From contig CAWIIB010000009.1 in NCBI GenBank assembly GCA_963836075.1, positions 2,240,001-2,304,000 on the forward strand: DNA of 64,000 bases, written 5' to 3'. This DNA is from an uncultured Acidobacteriota bacterium (GTDB lineage: Bacteria > Acidobacteriota > JAQAZP01). Below the pieces are notes generated by a model, which did not search any database, had not been told where the DNA came from, and was given only the letters and a program-made list of their open reading frames with translations. Made by a program: the position numbers and the translations under genes. Numbering within the stretch: position 1 is the stretch's first letter; the number at the start of each line of letters is the position of its first letter. This document shows, piece after piece, positions 40,218 through 49,194 of the stretch.

Positions 40218-41756
40218 ATGTCTGCTGGATGTTCACCGTCTGGTCCCATCCTCACCGTTTTTTCCCTGCTGGTGCTGCTGACCCTTCCTGCCACGCCGGT
40301 GGCGGCACAGAACGGGGTGCTGCTGGACCAGCAGCTGGACGGGGACGGCAAGGGCTACTCGGTGATTCACGTCTGGGGTACGCACCACGAGATGGGCTAT
40401 GCTCACGCCTCGCTGCTGGCCGACGAGATCGTCGACGCGGTGGACTACTTCCGCATGATGCTGGACACCGATTACGCGGACCTGCGGGTCACCATGGCCG
40501 CTTCGGACTGGCAGCCGGCGGAGATGGTGGACGAGCTGCAGGGGATGATGGACGCGCTGGCGCTTACGCACCCGGCGGCAAACATCGACCTGCTCGACCT
40601 GAAGATCCTGAACAGCTTCAGCGACTGGGGCTGGGGGTGGGCCTGCCGCTCCCACGCCTGCTGGGGCAGCATGGTCCAGCCGGGGGTGGAGATGCTGGCC
40701 ACCCGCCAGTTGGGCATCGGCACCCCGTTCCCCTCGCTGAACCACCACGTGATCTGTGCCTGGGAACCCGACGACGGTTCACCCTGGTGGATCAACGTGG
40801 CCTGGGCCGGGTATGTGACGGTGATCACCGCGGTCAACGAGTACGGCTCGCAGCTTTCGCTCCACGACTACCTGGTCAGCGGCACCCTGTCGTCCAGCCC
40901 CATGCCGCGCTCGGTGGCGGCCCGGTTCCTGCTCACCCACCCCGACGGCCCGGACATCGAGAACCACCTGGACGGGGGGTTTGCCGAGCTCACCCTCCGC
41001 GATGCCTGGAACAGCAGTTTCATCAATCATTTTTCCCCCGGGGGGCACGGGGGGGTGGTCACCTGCACCACCGACCTCGGCTACTACGAGATGCGCGAGC
41101 CGCAGGCGGTCTACTTCAACGGCGAGGTGCTGGTGACCAGCAACGAGTGGACCGACGGCACTTTCACCCCCGACGGCGCCTGGTTCATGGAAACCTATTA
41201 CAACCTGGGGGGGCCCAAGACGCTGGCCGATCACTGGGACTCCATGGAGAACCTGGGCAACGGGCTGCACCTGGTGAGCACCGAAGTCCGCGGCGGGCGG
41301 GACCTGACCCTCTGGTTCCAGGGGCGTCTCGACCCGGGCCTCACCGGGCGGCTGGAGTGGGAGTGGGACGACCTCTTTGTCCGTGACCCGGCCACCATCG
41401 CGGTGGACCTGGACTGCCAGCCGCTGCAGGGCACCCTGCCCTTCACCCTCCGTTTCGACGTGGACCTGCGCAACCCCACGCCCTGGTTCCGCCGGCTCTC
41501 CGGCCGGATGGACGTGGACCTGGCCCAGGGCGGCTATTTCACCAACTGGCGGCGCGGCTATACCAGCACGTCGCCCTTCGAGATCGTCTCCATCCTCTGG
41601 ACCCAGTACATCCCCGCCCTGCCCGCGGTGATCGGCGGCAGCACCTTCAGCCTCCACGGCACCGACACCACTCCGGCGCCGTACAACCAGCCGCCCTACC
41701 CGGCGGCCGGCGGCACCGCCTCGGACCAGTGCACGGTTACCGGGGTGGCGCCCTGA
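40218..41756 (+). CDS. Secreted C45-family-like Ntn hydrolase/peptidase with the recurrent C-terminal domain
   Basis: AGGAG RBS, signal peptide, VIHVWGTHHEMGYAH, putative nucleophile in ACRSHACWG, and TAVNEYG. C-terminal DTTPAPYNQPPYPAAGGTASDQCTVTGVAP. Confidence 0.72.
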   Translation: MSAGCSPSGPILTVFSLLVLLTLPATPVAAQNGVLLDQQLDGDGKGYSVIHVWGTHHEMGYAHASLLADEIVDAVDYFRMMLDTDYADLRVTMAASDWQPAEMVDELQGMMDALALTHPAANIDLLDLKILNSFSDWGWGWACRSHACWGSMVQPGVEMLATRQLGIGTPFPSLNHHVICAWEPDDGSPWWINVAWAGYVTVITAVNEYGSQLSLHDYLVSGTLSSSPMPRSVAARFLLTHPDGPDIENHLDGGFAELTLRDAWNSSFINHFSPGGHGGVVTCTTDLGYYEMREPQAVYFNGEVLVTSNEWTDGTFTPDGAWFMETYYNLGGPKTLADHWDSMENLGNGLHLVSTEVRGGRDLTLWFQGRLDPGLTGRLEWEWDDLFVRDPATIAVDLDCQPLQGTLPFTLRFDVDLRNPTPWFRRLSGRMDVDLAQGGYFTNWRRGYTSTSPFEIVSILWTQYIPALPAVIGGSTFSLHGTDTTPAPYNQPPYPAAGGTASDQCTVTGVAP

Positions 41757-42583
41757 GCGGCCCGCTGGCCGGCCTCGACCTGGAGGGGTTCCCGCGGCAG
41801 CGCGGCGTCTGGCGGCTGTCCGCCGAGGGTCCCTTTGACGGTCAGCAGGCCCGCTACATCGAGGTGCGGGAACGAGAGGGGCGGCTGCTGGACGACGAAG
41901 TGGTGAGCCGGCTGCCCGAGGTACCCGCCGGCCACCGGTTGGCCGGGGAATGGCGGGTACGGGCCTGGTCGCTGGCCCGGCTGCAGGCGTATCTCGCGAC
42001 CCGGCCTCAACTGCAGGTGATCCTCGACGTGGGGTGCGGCAACGGGTGGATGGCGGCCCGCCTGGCCGAACCGCCCCGGCGGCTGGTCTATGCCCTGGAT
42101 GTCAACGAGCGCGAGCTGGAACAGGGCGCCAGGGTCTTTCACCACAACCCGCGGCTGATCTTCCTCTATGGCGACGTGAGCGGGGAGTCTCTGGCCGCGG
42201 GCCGGGTGGACCTGGTGCTGCTGGCCGGGTCGGTGCAGTATTTTGCCGACCTGCCGGCACTGGTCCCCCGGCTGCTCCGCCTGCTGCGGCCGGGGGGAGA
42301 GTTGCACATCCTTGACAGCCCTTTCTACGGCCCCGGGGAGGCGGCGCGGGCCCGGGTGCGATCGGAGGACTACTACCGCCGCCTGGGCTGTCCGGAGATG
42401 GCGGCCCACTACCACCACCATTGCCGGGACCTTCTGGAGCCTTTCGGCCCGCAGCTGCTGCACGATCCCGCACGGCTGCTTTCCCGGCTGCGCAGGCGGA
42501 TCAGCCGCAGCGGTGAGTCGCCTTTTCCCCCGGCTGTGATCAGAGAGTCGCCAGTGCATCCACGGCTTCGTCGCTGCCGATGA
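41753..42583 (+). CDS. Class I SAM-dependent methyltransferase
   Basis: ILDVGCGNG, ALDVN and LRPGG. Start uncertain (possible CTG overlapping the upstream TGA). Confidence 0.75.
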   Translation: MSGPLAGLDLEGFPRQRGVWRLSAEGPFDGQQARYIEVREREGRLLDDEVVSRLPEVPAGHRLAGEWRVRAWSLARLQAYLATRPQLQVILDVGCGNGWMAARLAEPPRRLVYALDVNERELEQGARVFHHNPRLIFLYGDVSGESLAAGRVDLVLLAGSVQYFADLPALVPRLLRLLRPGGELHILDSPFYGPGEAARARVRSEDYYRRLGCPEMAAHYHHHCRDLLEPFGPQLLHDPARLLSRLRRRISRSGESPFPPAVIRESPVHPRLRRCR

Positions 42584-43229
42584 CCAGCAGGATGTCTCCG
42601 GGCCGAATCCTGCTCTCCGGCATGGGAACCTTGATCAGTTGTCCGCGCCGCGGGCTGTCCTCAGCATCACCATCCTGCGGTTCGGCGGAGCGGCTGATGG
42701 CGGCCACGGTGATCCGGTGCTTTTTTCGGATGTCCAGTTCCTCGAGGGTCTTGTTGTGGAAGACCACCGGGGCGGGAAGCTTGGTCAGGCTGTACCCTGC
42801 GGACAGTTCCAGACGCTCCATGATCGCCGGCGCCATCAGGCGGTTGCGCCAGCGCTCCGCTGACTCCAGCTCGGGGTTGACCACACTGTCGGCGCCGATG
42901 CTGGTAAGGATGGTGGCCCGCCGGTCGGTGGTGGCCCGGCTGATCACACGGGGAACCCCCAGCTGCTTGAGCACCACGGTGGTCAGCAGGTTGGCCTCGA
43001 AGGACGAGCCGATGCCTACGATGGCCACGTTCACCTTGTGAATCCCCTGGGAGCGGATCGCGTCCTCGTCGGTGCTGTCGAGGCAGACCGCCAGGGTCAC
43101 CGCGTCGCGGATCTCGTCCACCAGGGCCTTGTCCCGGTCCACGGCGATAACCTCGGCTCCGGCTTCGGCCAGCAGGGCGGACAGACGCTTGCCGAAGCGT
43201 CCCATCCCGATAACAGCGAATCGTTCCAT
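42540..43229 (-). CDS. TrkA/KtrA potassium uptake regulatory subunit
   Basis: FAVIGMGRFG RCK_N domain, IGADSVVNPE, and an RCK_C domain. Confidence 0.92.
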   Translation of the reverse strand: MERFAVIGMGRFGKRLSALLAEAGAEVIAVDRDKALVDEIRDAVTLAVCLDSTDEDAIRSQGIHKVNVAIVGIGSSFEANLLTTVVLKQLGVPRVISRATTDRRATILTSIGADSVVNPELESAERWRNRLMAPAIMERLELSAGYSLTKLPAPVVFHNKTLEELDIRKKHRITVAAISRSAEPQDGDAEDSPRRGQLIKVPMPESRIRPGDILLVIGSDEAVDALATL

Positions 43230-43233
43230 TTCC

Positions 43234-45069
43234 TCACCCGATGAGTACGTGTTCCGTGGGGTAGCTGTAGTCGGCCGGCCGCAGCCGTGTGGTCAGTGCC
43301 AGGAGAATGGTCAGCGGCCCCACCCGGCCGGCAAACATTGCCGCCATGATGATGAATTTGGCCACGGGTGTCAAACCGGGGGTGATCCCGGTGGTCAGGC
43401 CCACCGTGCCGCAGGCGCTGCTGGCCTCGAAGAAGAGGTCCACCGTCGGAGTGCCGGGCATGATGGCGGCCAGGGCCAGGGTCACCACACCCACCAGCGA
43501 CACGTAGATCACCGCCAGGGCCATGATCCGGCGCACCAGTTCGGCGGAGACGCTGCGGTGGAACAGTTCAAACTCCTTGCGCCGGCGCATGGTGTTCCAG
43601 ATGGCGAGCACCAGCACGGCCAGGGTGACGGTCTTCAACCCCCCGGCGGTGCTGGCCGGGCTGCCGCCCACTGACATCAGCCCGCACATCAGCAGCTTGC
43701 TGGCCGGGGCGAGGGCGCCCATGTCGATGGTGTTGAAACCGGCGGTGCGGGCGGTGATCGACTGGAACAGCGCCTGGCCCATGCCGATCCGGCTGCCGGC
43801 CAGTGATTCGAAGAGCCACAGGCCGCCTGTGCCCAGGGGGACCAGCAGGGCGGTGGCGGCCAGGGTCACCCGGGTGTGCAGGTTGAGCCGGGTTCGGGGG
43901 AGGTGGCGGCGGTCCCAGGGCACCGGCTGGCCCGGCCAGTGGCGGCGGCGGATCAGCGAGCGGATGGTCTGCCCGCAGTTGCGCAGCACCGGGAAGCCGA
44001 TGCCGCCGAGGACGATCAGCGGGGCAAAGACGCCGAGGATCTGCCAGTGGTGGTCCAGCGGCCGGGCCCACCCGTCGGCGGTGCCGTGCATCAGGCTGCC
44101 GCCATAGAGGGAGAAGCCGGCGTTGCAGAAGGCGGAGACGCTGTGGAACAGGGAGTGCCAGACCGCGTGCAGGGTGGAGAGCGGGTGGCCCGCGGCGTCC
44201 AGTCCGCCGGCGAACATGGGGTAGAGCAGCAGGGCCCCCGCCGCTTCCATGGTCAGGGTGGTGAGGACCACGAAGGCGGCCACCCGGCCGATCTCGCCGA
44301 TATTGTCGCTGGCCACCATCTTGCCCAGGGCGCCCGAACCCTGCAGGGTCAGGCCGCGGCCCACCAGCAGGGCGAACACCGTGCCGAAGAGCATGATCCC
44401 CAGCCCGCCGAACTGGATCAGGACCAGAATCACCACCTGGCCGAAAAAGGTGAAGTGGGTTCCGGTGTCCACCACGGCCAGACCGGTGACACAGCTGGCG
44501 CTCACCGCGGTGAACAGCGCGTCCTGATAGCCCCAGTGGGTGCCGGGTTGCGGCTGCACCGCCGCGGGCAGCATCAGCAGGCCCGAGCCAGCCAGGGCCA
44601 GCAGGACGAAACTGCCGATGAGCAACCACCGTGGCGGGATGCCGCTGCCGGAGAGCCTGAGGTTGAGGTTCACCGCCCTGATCACCAGGGTGGCCAGGAT
44701 GTAGACCTGGGTGGTCAACAGGTAGAGCATGCCGGCGTTGAGCGCGGTGCCCCGCAGCTCCAGTGCGGTGATGTAGATCCCCGGCACCGCGGCCAGCAGG
44801 GCGAAGTCGAGCCAGTGGTGCTTCAAATACCAGCGCCGGTCGCGGGCCAGCCAGAGCCGGGCCAGCCGGTCGAAGGCAAAGAAACCGACGATGACCCCCT
44901 CCAGCACGTGCAAGGTCGATTTCAGCACGGGCTTCAGCTGGAAGCCGCCGTCGTCGAGCACCAGCGAGGTCACGGCCAGTATGCTGGTCAGGGCCAGCAG
45001 GATGTCCAGTGTGTGTTCAAAACGGGGGGACCGTGAGCGGCTGTGCGGAAGTTGTTTCGGTCGGTTCAT
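43234..45069 (-). CDS. TrkH/KtrB potassium uptake membrane subunit with an N-terminal TM extension
   Basis: Four pore loops (SASCVTGL, SAFCNAGF, TARTAGF, SACGTVGL), MFAGRVGP and YPTEHVLIG. Confidence 0.9.
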   Translation of the reverse strand: MNRPKQLPHSRSRSPRFEHTLDILLALTSILAVTSLVLDDGGFQLKPVLKSTLHVLEGVIVGFFAFDRLARLWLARDRRWYLKHHWLDFALLAAVPGIYITALELRGTALNAGMLYLLTTQVYILATLVIRAVNLNLRLSGSGIPPRWLLIGSFVLLALAGSGLLMLPAAVQPQPGTHWGYQDALFTAVSASCVTGLAVVDTGTHFTFFGQVVILVLIQFGGLGIMLFGTVFALLVGRGLTLQGSGALGKMVASDNIGEIGRVAAFVVLTTLTMEAAGALLLYPMFAGGLDAAGHPLSTLHAVWHSLFHSVSAFCNAGFSLYGGSLMHGTADGWARPLDHHWQILGVFAPLIVLGGIGFPVLRNCGQTIRSLIRRRHWPGQPVPWDRRHLPRTRLNLHTRVTLAATALLVPLGTGGLWLFESLAGSRIGMGQALFQSITARTAGFNTIDMGALAPASKLLMCGLMSVGGSPASTAGGLKTVTLAVLVLAIWNTMRRRKEFELFHRSVSAELVRRIMALAVIYVSLVGVVTLALAAIMPGTPTVDLFFEASSACGTVGLTTGITPGLTPVAKFIIMAAMFAGRVGPLTILLALTTRLRPADYSYPTEHVLIG

Positions 45070-45324
45070 TCCGTATACCCGCGGCGCGCCGGAGGCTGGC
45101 CGCCGCTGCCGATGATGCTGCCGGTGAAATGAGCGGATCGGACACCATTATAGCCCGGTTGGCCCAGCGCTGCACGGCGGTGCCGGCGGGGTGGGAACAG
45201 CGACGGCAGATGTGACATAATAAGTGAATACTCAGGATCCCCACAGGACGTACCGAGAAGAACTGCAGGAGCTTTCCTGCTCCCGGCCGGGGTGCAGGTA
45301 CGGCGGTCAGACGAGGCAGCGTTG

Positions 45325-46476
45325 ATGAGAGACGAATTCCTGGTTTTCGGCAGCCCGATCATCGAACAGCCGGAAATAGACGAAGTGGTGGACTCGCTGA
45401 AGTCCGGCTGGCTGGGCACCGGGCCCAAGGTGCACCGCTTCGAAGAGATGTTCCGGGACTACAAGGGGTGCCGTCATGCCATGGCGGTCAACTCCTGCAC
45501 CGCCGCTCTGCACCTCTCCATGATCGCCATCGGCATCGGGCCCGGTGACGAGGTTATCGTGCCGGCGATGACCTTCGCCGCCACGGCCAACGCGGTGCTC
45601 CACGCCGGCGGAGTGCCGGTATTTGCCGACTGCGGGCGGGAGACGATGAACATCGATCCCGACGACATCGAGCGGAAGATCACCCCCCGGACCAAGGCGA
45701 TCCTGCTGGTGCACTTTGCCGGCCGCTCCTGCGACATGGACCGCATCATGGCCATTGCCAAACAGCACCAGCTGAAGGTGATCGAGGACTGCGCCCACGC
45801 CATCGAAGCCGAATATCACGGCCGAAAAACCGGCACCTTCGCCGACTTCGGCTGTTTCAGCTTTTACGTGACCAAGAACGTGGTCACCGGCGAGGGGGGA
45901 ATGGCGATCACCGACAACGAGCAGTACGCGGACCAGATCAAGGTGCTCGGTCTGCACGGCATGAGCCGCGACGCCTGGAAGCGGTTCAGTGATGACGGGT
46001 ACAAGCACTACCAGGTGGTCTACGCCGGGTTCAAATACAACATGATGGACATCCAGGCGGCCATCGGTATACATCAACTGCCCCGGGTGGAGGCATACTG
46101 GCAGCGTCGGCGTGAGATCTGGCAGCGCTACGACGAGGCGTTTGCCGGGCTGCCGCTGTTCACCCCCCACCCACCGGAGCCACGGACCCGGCACGCCCAC
46201 CACCTGTATACCATCCTGCTGGACATCGACAGTATCGACCTGACCCGTGACCGTTTCCTCGACCAGATGACCGGGTGGAAGATCGGCGTGGGGGTCCACT
46301 ATCTCGGCCTGCACCTCCATCCGTATTACCGCGAGCGGTATGGCTACAAGCCCGGAGACTTGCCGAACACCGAGTGGATATCGGACCGGACCGTCTCGCT
46401 GCCCCTGTCGCCGAAGCTGACCGGACGGGACGTGGACGACGTGATCGAGGCGGTGCGGGAAATCCTGGCCGGCTGA
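45325..46476 (+). CDS. DegT/DnrJ/EryC1/StrS sugar aminotransferase
   Basis: SGWLGTGP, NSCTAALH, EDCAHA and FSFYVTKNVVTGEGG. Confidence 0.92.
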   Translation: MRDEFLVFGSPIIEQPEIDEVVDSLKSGWLGTGPKVHRFEEMFRDYKGCRHAMAVNSCTAALHLSMIAIGIGPGDEVIVPAMTFAATANAVLHAGGVPVFADCGRETMNIDPDDIERKITPRTKAILLVHFAGRSCDMDRIMAIAKQHQLKVIEDCAHAIEAEYHGRKTGTFADFGCFSFYVTKNVVTGEGGMAITDNEQYADQIKVLGLHGMSRDAWKRFSDDGYKHYQVVYAGFKYNMMDIQAAIGIHQLPRVEAYWQRRREIWQRYDEAFAGLPLFTPHPPEPRTRHAHHLYTILLDIDSIDLTRDRFLDQMTGWKIGVGVHYLGLHLHPYYRERYGYKPGDLPNTEWISDRTVSLPLSPKLTGRDVDDVIEAVREILAG

Positions 46477-46506
46477 GGGCCGGCAACCTGCCGACAATGG
46501 TGAACG

Positions 46507-47223
46507 ATGGCGAGTACCCGCCGCGACTATTACCGCAAATACGGTCTGACCAACCCGGGATGGAATGTGATCCGGATTGCCGGGGCGCAGATCGAGGACC
46601 GGGTGAAGCGCTATTTTTCCGGACGGTTGCTTGAGATCGGCTGCGGGACCAAGGAGAAGGCGCTGCTGGTGGGTGATCGGGTGGATTTCCACCTGGGGCT
46701 GGACCATGCACGAAGCCCCCACGACCTGGGCCGGGTCGACGTGCTGGCCTCGGCCTACGGCATCCCCTTTGTGGAGTCGAGTTTTGACTGCCTGCTCTCC
46801 ACCGCCGTGCTGGAGCACCTGGAGGAACCGCACACGGCGCTGCGCGAAGCCTGCCGGGTACTGCGTCCGGGGGGCTACGCCCTGTACACCGTGCCCTTCA
46901 TCTGGCACATTCATGAAGAACCGCGGGACTTCTACCGCTACACCAGCCACGGTATCCGCCACCTCTTCGAGACCTGTGGTTTTGCCATCGAGGAGATCAC
47001 CCCGCTGGCCGGGTTCTGGATCACCGTGGGCAGCGAGTTCGGCTACTTTATCGAAACCGCCGCCCGGGGGCCCCTGCGGCTGGCGGCCCGGCCGGTGATC
47101 GCCGCAGTGAACCTCGCCGCCCGGCTGCTGGACCGCGCCGACCGGCGGTGGAACCGCGAGTTCTGGCGCTGGACCTGGATGTATCTGGTGATCGCCCGGC
47201 GGGCGGTGGGAAAGGAAACCTGA
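46507..47223 (+). CDS. Class I SAM-dependent methyltransferase (glycan cluster)
   Basis: LLEIGCG, VLEHL, RVLRPGG and HEEPRDFYRYT. Confidence 0.88.
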   Translation: MASTRRDYYRKYGLTNPGWNVIRIAGAQIEDRVKRYFSGRLLEIGCGTKEKALLVGDRVDFHLGLDHARSPHDLGRVDVLASAYGIPFVESSFDCLLSTAVLEHLEEPHTALREACRVLRPGGYALYTVPFIWHIHEEPRDFYRYTSHGIRHLFETCGFAIEEITPLAGFWITVGSEFGYFIETAARGPLRLAARPVIAAVNLAARLLDRADRRWNREFWRWTWMYLVIARRAVGKET

Positions 47224-47226
47224 TTG

Positions 47227-49194
47227 ATGTGCGGTCTGGTGGGCTATTTTTCGCCGACGAGGACCCGGACCGGTCTCGGCCCGCTGGCCCGGGCGGCTGC
47301 ATTGATCCGCCACCGCGGGCCCGACGACGAGGGCTATGCCGCCTTCCACCTGTCCACCGGTGACCAGCGGTCCTGGAGCGGACCCGATTCACCGTCGGAG
47401 GTCCGGGACCGCCTGCCGCAGCTGGGAGCGGCCACCGAGATGCCGCACAACCTGGCCCTCGGTTTCCGGCGCTTCTCAATTGTCGACCTGACCCCGGCCG
47501 GCCATCAGCCGTTCTGGAACGGGGACCAGACCATCTGCCTGACCTTTAACGGGGAAATTTACAACTACGTGGAGCTGCGGGAGGAACTCAGTGCCGCCGG
47601 AAGGGTCTTCCGGACCCGCAGCGACACCGAAGTGCTGCTGGCTGTGCTGGAGGACTGGGGCCCGGACGGCCTGGACCGGCTCAACGGGCCCTTCGCCCTG
47701 GCCCTGCTGGACACCGGGCGCCGGCGCCTGCTGCTGGCCCGGGACCGTATCGGCAAGAGCCCGCTCTACTGGGCTGTCACCGGGGAGACGCTGTTCTGGG
47801 CCTCGGAGATCAAGAGCATCCTGCTGCTGGCCGGACAGGACAGTTTCGATCTCAACGGCCAGGCGGTTCACGACTACCTCAAGCACGGTTGGCGCGACCT
47901 GGACCACGGTACCTTCTGGAAAGGTGTCCAGACCCTGGCCCCGGCCAGCTGGGTGGAGCTGGACCTGGGGGACGCTATTGACGGCCGGGCGCTCACCAGC
48001 GGGGCGCAGTCCTACTGGCGGGTTCCCCGGCAGCGGCTGCAACCTGGTGAGATCTCCTTTGACGAGGCGCGCCGCACCTTTTCCGACCTGTTCAGCGACG
48101 CGGTCCGCCTCCGCCTGCGGGCGGACGCGGAGGTGGCCTTCGGCCTCAGCGGCGGTCTCGATTCCAGTTCCATCGTGGCGGTGGCGGCGTCCGGCGCGGC
48201 GCCCCGCTCCATCGCCACCTACACGGTGAAGTTCGACGATCCGGCGGTGGACGAGGAGCCCTTTGCCCGCCGGGTGCGCGACCGCTGGCCGCAGGCCGTC
48301 GACTACCATGTCTACCGTCCGGAGAACAGTGACTTCTGGGAGCGGGCCGACGATTTCGTCTGGCTGCTGGAGGAACCGTTCCACTCGCCGAACCTCGAAC
48401 TGAACCAGGCCTACTACCGGCAGATGCGGGCCGACGGGTTCCGGGTGCTCATCGGCGGTGCGGCCGGGGACGAACTGCTGGCCGGCTACCCGGAGTACTT
48501 CTACCCGCTGCTGGTGCACCTGCTGAAGCAGGGCCGCTGGTTGCCGCTGGCCGGCAACGTGGCCGGCTACACCGAGCAGCCGCGGACCCGCACCGCGGCC
48601 GATGCCGTTGCCCAGCTCTGGCGGCGGGTCAGCGGGAGGAGCGGGGGCGCGTACCCCGGCGCCGACCTGGCGCGCTACTGCCGGGACGATCCCGGCCGCT
48701 ACCGGGAGCACGACATGGGGCCGCCGCGGAGTTTCAACGAGCGGATGATCGGCAACATGACCCAGTGGAAGATGAACTACTGGATGCGCTCGGGCAACAA
48801 GGCCACCATGGGCGTACCCATCGAGGCCCGGGCGCCGTTCCTCGATCACCGGCTGGTGGAGTTCACCTTCACCCTGCCGCCGGAGTATCTGGTCCGCCGG
48901 GGCTGGCTGAAATACATCCTCCGCCGCAGCGCCGAGCCGCTGCTGCCGCCGGAAGTGGTCTGGCGGCGGAAGAAGACCGGCTTCCCCTTCAACGACCGTT
49001 CCTGGCTCGCCGATGCGCGGCCGGTGGCCCAGGGGCATCTGCGCGCCGCCGCCGACAACCCGTTCATCGACCCCGCCCCGGTGATCGCCGATTACGACCG
49101 GCTCACCGGTGAGCGTCCTGAATTCCTCTGGCGCTGCATCAGCCTCTGTCTCTGGTGGCGCCGGGTCATCCGCGGGGAGCCGCTGTCCGGATGA
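47227..49194 (+). CDS. asnB: Asparagine synthase (glutamine-hydrolysing) family amidotransferase
   Basis: N-terminal MCG, FNGEIYNY, ARDRIG, LSGGLDSS and EARAPFLDH. Confidence 0.9.
   Translation: MCGLVGYFSPTRTRTGLGPLARAAALIRHRGPDDEGYAAFHLSTGDQRSWSGPDSPSEVRDRLPQLGAATEMPHNLALGFRRFSIVDLTPAGHQPFWNGDQTICLTFNGEIYNYVELREELSAAGRVFRTRSDTEVLLAVLEDWGPDGLDRLNGPFALALLDTGRRRLLLARDRIGKSPLYWAVTGETLFWASEIKSILLLAGQDSFDLNGQAVHDYLKHGWRDLDHGTFWKGVQTLAPASWVELDLGDAIDGRALTSGAQSYWRVPRQRLQPGEISFDEARRTFSDLFSDAVRLRLRADAEVAFGLSGGLDSSSIVAVAASGAAPRSIATYTVKFDDPAVDEEPFARRVRDRWPQAVDYHVYRPENSDFWERADDFVWLLEEPFHSPNLELNQAYYRQMRADGFRVLIGGAAGDELLAGYPEYFYPLLVHLLKQGRWLPLAGNVAGYTEQPRTRTAADAVAQLWRRVSGRSGGAYPGADLARYCRDDPGRYREHDMGPPRSFNERMIGNMTQWKMNYWMRSGNKATMGVPIEARAPFLDHRLVEFTFTLPPEYLVRRGWLKYILRRSAEPLLPPEVVWRRKKTGFPFNDRSWLADARPVAQGHLRAAADNPFIDPAPVIADYDRLTGERPEFLWRCISLCLWWRRVIRGEPLSG

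Noticed and set aside
45070-45320. c-di-AMP (ydaO) riboswitch upstream of the Ktr operon
   Set aside because: No recognisable ydaO consensus by eye. An Rfam scan would be needed to exclude it fully.
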